From assembly GCA_965240465.1 (NCBI GenBank), contig OZ251219.1, forward strand, positions 1,376,001 through 1,440,000: a stretch of DNA of 64,000 bases, read 5' to 3'. The stretch is from a bacterium. Lineage in GTDB: Bacteria; SAR324; JACQKK01. The notes below the pieces were generated by a model. The model saw only the letters and a program-made list of their open reading frames with translations, had not been told where the DNA came from and did not search any database. Every line of letters starts with the position of its first letter. The first letter of the stretch is position 1. The position numbers and the translations under genes are program-made. This document shows, piece by piece, positions 59,852 to 64,000 of the stretch.

Positions 59852-60829
59852 GTGATGAACGTTAAAGCGGTTAAAATAAACTTATTTCTGAAGATAACCC
59901 ACAGAGCGGCTTGGGTTTTATGTGGGTTGGTGCTGTTACTGTTACTAGCAGGAGCTCTGGTTACTAGCACGGATTCAGGGATGGCAGTACCTGATTGGCC
60001 ACTATCTTTTGGGCAATTTTTTCCTCCGATGAGAGGTGGTGTTCTTTATGAGCATGGGCATCGGCTAATGGCAGCGTTGGTGGGGTTGATGACATTTTGT
60101 TTGGCTGGATGGTTGTGGGTAGAGCGTTGTTTTGTAGTATCAAGGCGAATGGCAATTTTGGGAACGGGGTTGGTGGGGTTAGTATTAGTGCAAGGTATCT
60201 TGGGTGGAGTTACGGTCTTGCTAAAGTTACCCTTGGCAGTGAGTGTGAGTCATGCTTTGACGGCACAGTTATTTTTTATTGGGTGCGTGATGGCGGTAGA
60301 GTGGTCACGCCCTGTGATGAGATTAAGAGAGCAAGAGTTAGGAAAGAATGCATGGCAGTCTGGAAAATCACCAAACAAAAGGATTATTTCCTTACGTAGA
60401 TGGAGCGGAGTATTATTGGTGTTGGTGTGGATAGAAATACTTCTTGGAGCCATAGTGCGTCATAAGGGTGTAGGGCTGATAATCCCTGATTTTCCCTTAG
60501 CTTATGGCAAATTATTACCGAGCCAAGTATGGCAATCTTGGTCAGTGGCGGTGCATTATGGTCATAGGATGGGAGCTTTAGTGTTGACTATACTAGCGGT
60601 GTGGGTGGCTTGGCAAGTGCTGAAGCCTACAGAATTAAAAGCTTGGAATGAAAAAGATTTGCAACGTGTTGTATTAGCCATCCTGGTTACGGTGCTATTG
60701 CAGTTGTGCTTGGGGGCTTCCATTATTTGGCTACGACGCCCAGTGGTTTTGACTAGCCTACATTTGGTAAATGGAGCGTTGTTGAACGCAGCGGTATTTA
60801 TTTTGTGGGAGCGTATAAGGTGCACTTAA
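59852..60829 (+). CDS. ctaA: Heme A synthase (COX15/CtaA family)
   Basis: SGMAVPDWP, EHGHR, QGILGG, HR and H heme-ligand motifs. Confidence 0.85.
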   Translation: MMNVKAVKINLFLKITHRAAWVLCGLVLLLLLAGALVTSTDSGMAVPDWPLSFGQFFPPMRGGVLYEHGHRLMAALVGLMTFCLAGWLWVERCFVVSRRMAILGTGLVGLVLVQGILGGVTVLLKLPLAVSVSHALTAQLFFIGCVMAVEWSRPVMRLREQELGKNAWQSGKSPNKRIISLRRWSGVLLVLVWIEILLGAIVRHKGVGLIIPDFPLAYGKLLPSQVWQSWSVAVHYGHRMGALVLTILAVWVAWQVLKPTELKAWNEKDLQRVVLAILVTVLLQLCLGASIIWLRRPVVLTSLHLVNGALLNAAVFILWERIRCT

Positions 60830-61701
60830 TACCTCTAAATATCAGCTGTTTCTTGATATTGATAAGACTGGGCAAACCTCGCATTACGCTGATGGTAACC
60901 TTGGTTGCTGGGTTAGGAGCATCGTTAGCTCATACTCAAGAATTGGGAGAGAATGTAGATTGGCTGTGTCCATTGCTAGTGGGAACAGCTCTGTTAAGCT
61001 GGGGGATAAACGCTTTGAATCAATATCTAGAACAAGATGTAGATGCACTCATGAATCGCACTAAAAAACGTCCATTACCGCAAAGAGAGATTTCTGCTCG
61101 TACGGCATTTGCTTGGGGCAGTCTGATGATGCTGGCAGGGATGGCATTTTTGCTCAGTATCAATTGGCTGACAGGCTGGCTGGGGATATTTGTAGCCGTT
61201 TTATACCTAGGAATGTATACTCCTCTAAAGCGATTAAGCTCCCTAAATATGCTGGTAGGAGCAGTGCCAGGGGCGATGCCTCCCTTAGTCGGCTGGGCGG
61301 CTGTTAACGGACGCTTAGATCCTTTGGCACTGTGGTTGTTCGGGTGGATATTTCTCTGGCAATATGCTCATTTTCTGCCTATTGCTTGGCTATATCGTAT
61401 GCAGTATCGCCGGGCGGGGTTAAAAATGCTTTCTGTTAATGATAGCCAAGGAACACAAATTCGCTGGCAATTGCCTCTTTATGCTGTTGCTACCATGCTA
61501 ATGGGACTTCATCCGCAATTAACTCAGGTTGGCCGGGAAATATATATCTTTGTGGCTTTTACTATGGGACTAATCTTCTGTTTATCAGCTCTTGTAACTG
61601 CTTGGAAGTTAAGCGATCAAGCGGCACGATGGACACTGAGGATATCAGTGATTTATCTTCCTATGTTGCTGTTAGCCTTATTGTTGGGATCTTTTGACTA
61701 G
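60805..61701 (+). CDS. ctaB: Protoheme IX farnesyltransferase
   Basis: KPRI, NQYLEQDVDALMNRTKKRPLP, YTPLKR, GAMPPLVGW. Confidence 0.92.
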   Translation: MGAYKVHLIPLNISCFLILIRLGKPRITLMVTLVAGLGASLAHTQELGENVDWLCPLLVGTALLSWGINALNQYLEQDVDALMNRTKKRPLPQREISARTAFAWGSLMMLAGMAFLLSINWLTGWLGIFVAVLYLGMYTPLKRLSSLNMLVGAVPGAMPPLVGWAAVNGRLDPLALWLFGWIFLWQYAHFLPIAWLYRMQYRRAGLKMLSVNDSQGTQIRWQLPLYAVATMLMGLHPQLTQVGREIYIFVAFTMGLIFCLSALVTAWKLSDQAARWTLRISVIYLPMLLLALLLGSFD

Positions 61702-61718
61702 CCGCTGCTAGTCCATTT

Positions 61719-62627
61719 TTGATTATGAGCGTCCCTTTCTTACAGGTAGATAATATAAGTGCCCATTGGGGTCAACAGGAGGCCTTAAAAAGTGTCAGCT
61801 TTTTGCTATCGCTGGGGGAGAGAATGGCATTACTAGGGCCTAATGGGGGAGGAAAAAGTACTCTGATGCTGGTATTAGCTGGTTTGCATCGTTTGAGCGG
61901 AGGGCAAGTGCTATGGGATGGCAAAGCTGGATTAACACGCTCTGAAGTGGGTATGGCTTTTCAGGTTTCTAGTTTGGATGTACGACTTTCAATTCGTGAA
62001 AATCTGATTTTGCATTCCCGACTGCAAGGGATGAAGGCACACTTGGTAGCCGAACAGATAAAGTTCTTGCTAAAACATTTGGGGTTGGCTGCCGAAATAG
62101 ATAAGCGAGTAGAAGAATTATCGGGCGGGCAGCAACGCCGATCTGAATTGGCAAAGGCCTTGCTACATCGGCCTAGGCTATTGCTATTGGACGAACCTAC
62201 TGCTGGGCTTGACCCTGTTGCTCGCAAGGATTTTTGGGACTTACTTAATACTCTGGCAACTAAACAACTATTCAGCGTGATTACCTCCACCCATTTGATA
62301 GATGAAGCAGAATCCTGTCAATGGTCTGCGGTACTTCATAGCGGCAGGCTTACTTTATTGGGAACACCTCAGCAATTGCGTGGTGCCATGCAACAGAATA
62401 TCCTTACCTTGGGATTCTGTAGCAAATCGGCAGTAAAAAAAGCTCGCCCTATACTTGAAAAATTTAGCGGTCTTCCTGCACAATGTGATAATGAGCAACT
62501 TAAAGTAACTCCATTCTCTTCAAAAAAACTTCCTGAATTGCTAAAAGTGCTTAACCAAAACGATATCAATTACGTGCAACTAGCTTATCCTTCGTTAGAG
62601 GAAGTTATTTATTTTTCAAATAAATAA
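61719..62627 (+). CDS. ABC transporter ATP-binding protein (ABC-2 type)
   Basis: GPNGGGKST, LSGGQ, LLDEPTAGLD, STH. Confidence 0.9.
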   Translation: MIMSVPFLQVDNISAHWGQQEALKSVSFLLSLGERMALLGPNGGGKSTLMLVLAGLHRLSGGQVLWDGKAGLTRSEVGMAFQVSSLDVRLSIRENLILHSRLQGMKAHLVAEQIKFLLKHLGLAAEIDKRVEELSGGQQRRSELAKALLHRPRLLLLDEPTAGLDPVARKDFWDLLNTLATKQLFSVITSTHLIDEAESCQWSAVLHSGRLTLLGTPQQLRGAMQQNILTLGFCSKSAVKKARPILEKFSGLPAQCDNEQLKVTPFSSKKLPELLKVLNQNDINYVQLAYPSLEEVIYFSNK

Positions 62628-62642
62628 CTATGATAAAAAACG

Positions 62643-63434
62643 ATGACAAACAAACCCGTACGTAGCCTAGCCTTAGCCACATGGGGATTGCTTTCCAGAG
62701 AGATTCTGCGTTTCTCTCGCCAACCTGGGCGCATTGCAGGAGCAATTGGTACTCCTATAATGTTTTGGTTTGTGTTGGGGAGTGGCTTCGGAAACTCTCT
62801 AAGACCTCCGGGCATTAGTGAAATTGATTACCTTACCTTCTTTCATCCTGGTGCCATGCTGATGATACTCCTCTTTACTACCATTTTCTCATCCATATCC
62901 GTGATTCAAGACAGAACCAGTGGATTTTTGTCAGCTATCCTAGTCACCCAAGCTCCTAGGTTAGCTATCGTGCTGGGCAAGGTACTGAGTAGCACCATCT
63001 TAGGCACACTCCAGAGTGCTACCTTGCTATTGGCAGCTCCTTTGCTTGGCATCCAGTTGACTTTAGCGGGGGTTACCCTTTGCTTTGGAATCCTTACCCT
63101 TACCTCTCTTGGTTTAAGTTCCTTAGGCTTTGCCTTTGCCTGGCACATGAGATCCATCCAGAGTTTCCACGGTATTATGAACTTACTACTTTTCCCCATG
63201 TGGATGCTCTCGGGTGCATTCTTTTCTCATACCAGTGCTACACAGCCCATTCTTACCTTAATGTGGGGCAACCCGCTGACCTACGCTCTCAGTGCTCTCC
63301 GCTATGCCATTCTTCCCATCCAACAATCACAAGCACTCATGATTGTCTCACCACTGAACTCTCTGATAATCCTTATCTTTTTCTGCGTGGGTTCACTTGT
63401 TTGGGCACTATTTTCTGTGTTTCAGTCTAGGTGA
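62643..63434 (+). CDS. ABC-2 type permease
   Basis: FFHPG, DRTSGFL, LGKVL, LSGAFF, NPLTY. Confidence 0.88.
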   Translation: MTNKPVRSLALATWGLLSREILRFSRQPGRIAGAIGTPIMFWFVLGSGFGNSLRPPGISEIDYLTFFHPGAMLMILLFTTIFSSISVIQDRTSGFLSAILVTQAPRLAIVLGKVLSSTILGTLQSATLLLAAPLLGIQLTLAGVTLCFGILTLTSLGLSSLGFAFAWHMRSIQSFHGIMNLLLFPMWMLSGAFFSHTSATQPILTLMWGNPLTYALSALRYAILPIQQSQALMIVSPLNSLIILIFFCVGSLVWALFSVFQSR

Positions 63435-63503
63435 AACTAGATCTTGCCCTCCCCCGAGATACATTACGCTCTAACTCTTAATCTTGCCTCTCAAATTTAA
63501 CCT

Positions 63504-63911
63504 ATGGATCTTCCTACTCTCAATGCCAGCCTTAACTTTCTGGCATTGTGCTTCCTAACAGCAGGCTTTATCGCAATTAAGTCAGGACGAAAAAATCTCC
63601 ATGCACTCCTGATGATAGCAGCTTTTATTACATCCACCGTTTTTTTGGTAAGCTACCTGATCTATCATTATTCTTCACCTATCAACACCTTTAACGGACC
63701 GCTACTGGCACGCATTATTTACTTCCCAATCCTAATTATCCACATATTGTTTGCTTTTACCATTCCTCCGCTGGCCATTGCTACCATTTACACCGCAGCC
63801 ACAAAAAGATTTACAAGACATAAAAAAATTGCCAAGACAACCCTTCCTATCTGGATGTTTGTCTCTGTATCAGGAATCATTGTATACTTTATGCTTTACC
63901 GCTGGTATTAG
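63504..63911 (+). CDS. DUF420 (CtaM-like) membrane protein
   Basis: LPTLNASLN, FLVSYLIYH, HKKIAK..LPIWMFVSVSG; downstream of ctaA/ctaB. Confidence 0.85.
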   Translation: MDLPTLNASLNFLALCFLTAGFIAIKSGRKNLHALLMIAAFITSTVFLVSYLIYHYSSPINTFNGPLLARIIYFPILIIHILFAFTIPPLAIATIYTAATKRFTRHKKIAKTTLPIWMFVSVSGIIVYFMLYRWY

Positions 63912-64000
63912 GGGCAGGCAGGTTTATTATAAATATGTATATCAATAATCTCCTTATAAATAACCTAAAAGTGAGCTTATAAGGTGGACTTGACTGGTAA

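Overview
Bacterial chromosomal window made up mostly of housekeeping genes (yggS partial, nuoI, cutA, otsAB, comM, thiD, nuoH, hemW, lepA, RNase II family, ileS, grxC, menA, der, rpmG, murJ, alaS, larB, gatB, trxB, ctaA/ctaB). Many sit outside their usual operons. I saw no tRNA, rRNA, CRISPR array, transposase, integrase or reverse transcriptase. All calls come from reading motifs by eye; no database search was run. Best leads: (1) An AT-rich island (about 30.96-35.89 kb) carries an rmuC remnant and a 1426-aa SF1 helicase-nuclease. Its ORF ends just after an in-frame A9G / A_AAA_AAG slippery site, and the -1 frame continues for 117 codons encoding two zinc-ribbon modules, a candidate frameshift-controlled defence protein missed by the ORF track. 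(2) A tandem array of four RCC1/BLIP-II repeat lipoproteins. Three are near-identical ~3-kb amplification units with block-wise variable loops, a readable junction and relics of the neighbouring sugar-binding gene, and a G-quadruplex-like tract follows the array. (3) A window-wide saw-tooth strand asymmetry: segments run G/T-rich on the left to C/A-rich on the right regardless of gene orientation. (4) A ~150-nt rod-like structured element at 43352-43500. (5) An active Deg protease paired with a paralogue whose three catalytic residues all align to Asn. (6) A type 2 IleRS with a GLHH signature.
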